Assembly: GCF_006345805.1 (NCBI RefSeq)
Contig: NW_021837042.1
Coordinates: forward strand, 2,411-66,410
DNA length: 64,000 bases
Source: Octopus sinensis
Taxonomy: Eukaryota
Direction: 5' to 3'
Shown here: positions 63,889 through 64,000 of the stretch, in pieces
Position numbering within the stretch: position 1 is the stretch's first letter
Layout of the letters: every line of letters starts with the position of its first letter
Position numbers and translations under genes: made by a program
The notes under the pieces: model-generated
Told to the model about the DNA's origin: nothing
What the model saw: the letters and a program-made list of their open reading frames with translations, nothing else
The model's database searches: none

Positions 63889-64000
63889 CAGTACCAGGCA
63901 GTGGCTCTCGTGGCTTCTGATCTTAACTGATTGGAAGTGTTATCATGTACATTGTTTTGTCTTGGTATAAAAGATGGGCTACAGCAAATATTCTGCTCAA
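63889..64000 (-). mobile_element. Probable 3' end of a minus-strand retroelement running out of the window
   Basis: Complex sequence abutting an (AAT/AAC)n tract, as expected for an (ATT)n tail on the minus strand. Confidence 0.4.

Overview
Repeat-dense, AT-rich animal genomic DNA with no confidently identifiable host gene. The SINE families and microsatellite load resemble an octopus (coleoid cephalopod) genome; this is recalled similarity, not a database match. Contents: dozens of tRNA-derived SINEs of several families; three non-LTR retrotransposon 3' fragments (RTE-like zinc-finger end, a frameshifted CR1-group RT inside a 29-bp satellite, and a young R4/Dong-clade RT-RLE ORF sitting in (TAA)n); non-autonomous Helitrons (one with a PIF1-helicase remnant); three Tc1/mariner remnants (DD34D mariner, DD37D maT, and a long-spacer rosa-like element); MITEs; and satellites. 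Nearly all listed ORFs are microsatellite artefacts. The most notable signal is about 11 minimal type I hammerhead-ribozyme motifs from six unrelated repeat families. Most lie in fold-back (inverted) repeats reminiscent of Penelope-like pLTRs. They include a palindromic element with tRNA-like Pol III heads, a G3-C8 compensatory core variant and a U6 core variant. Ribozyme activity is inferred from hand-folding only.
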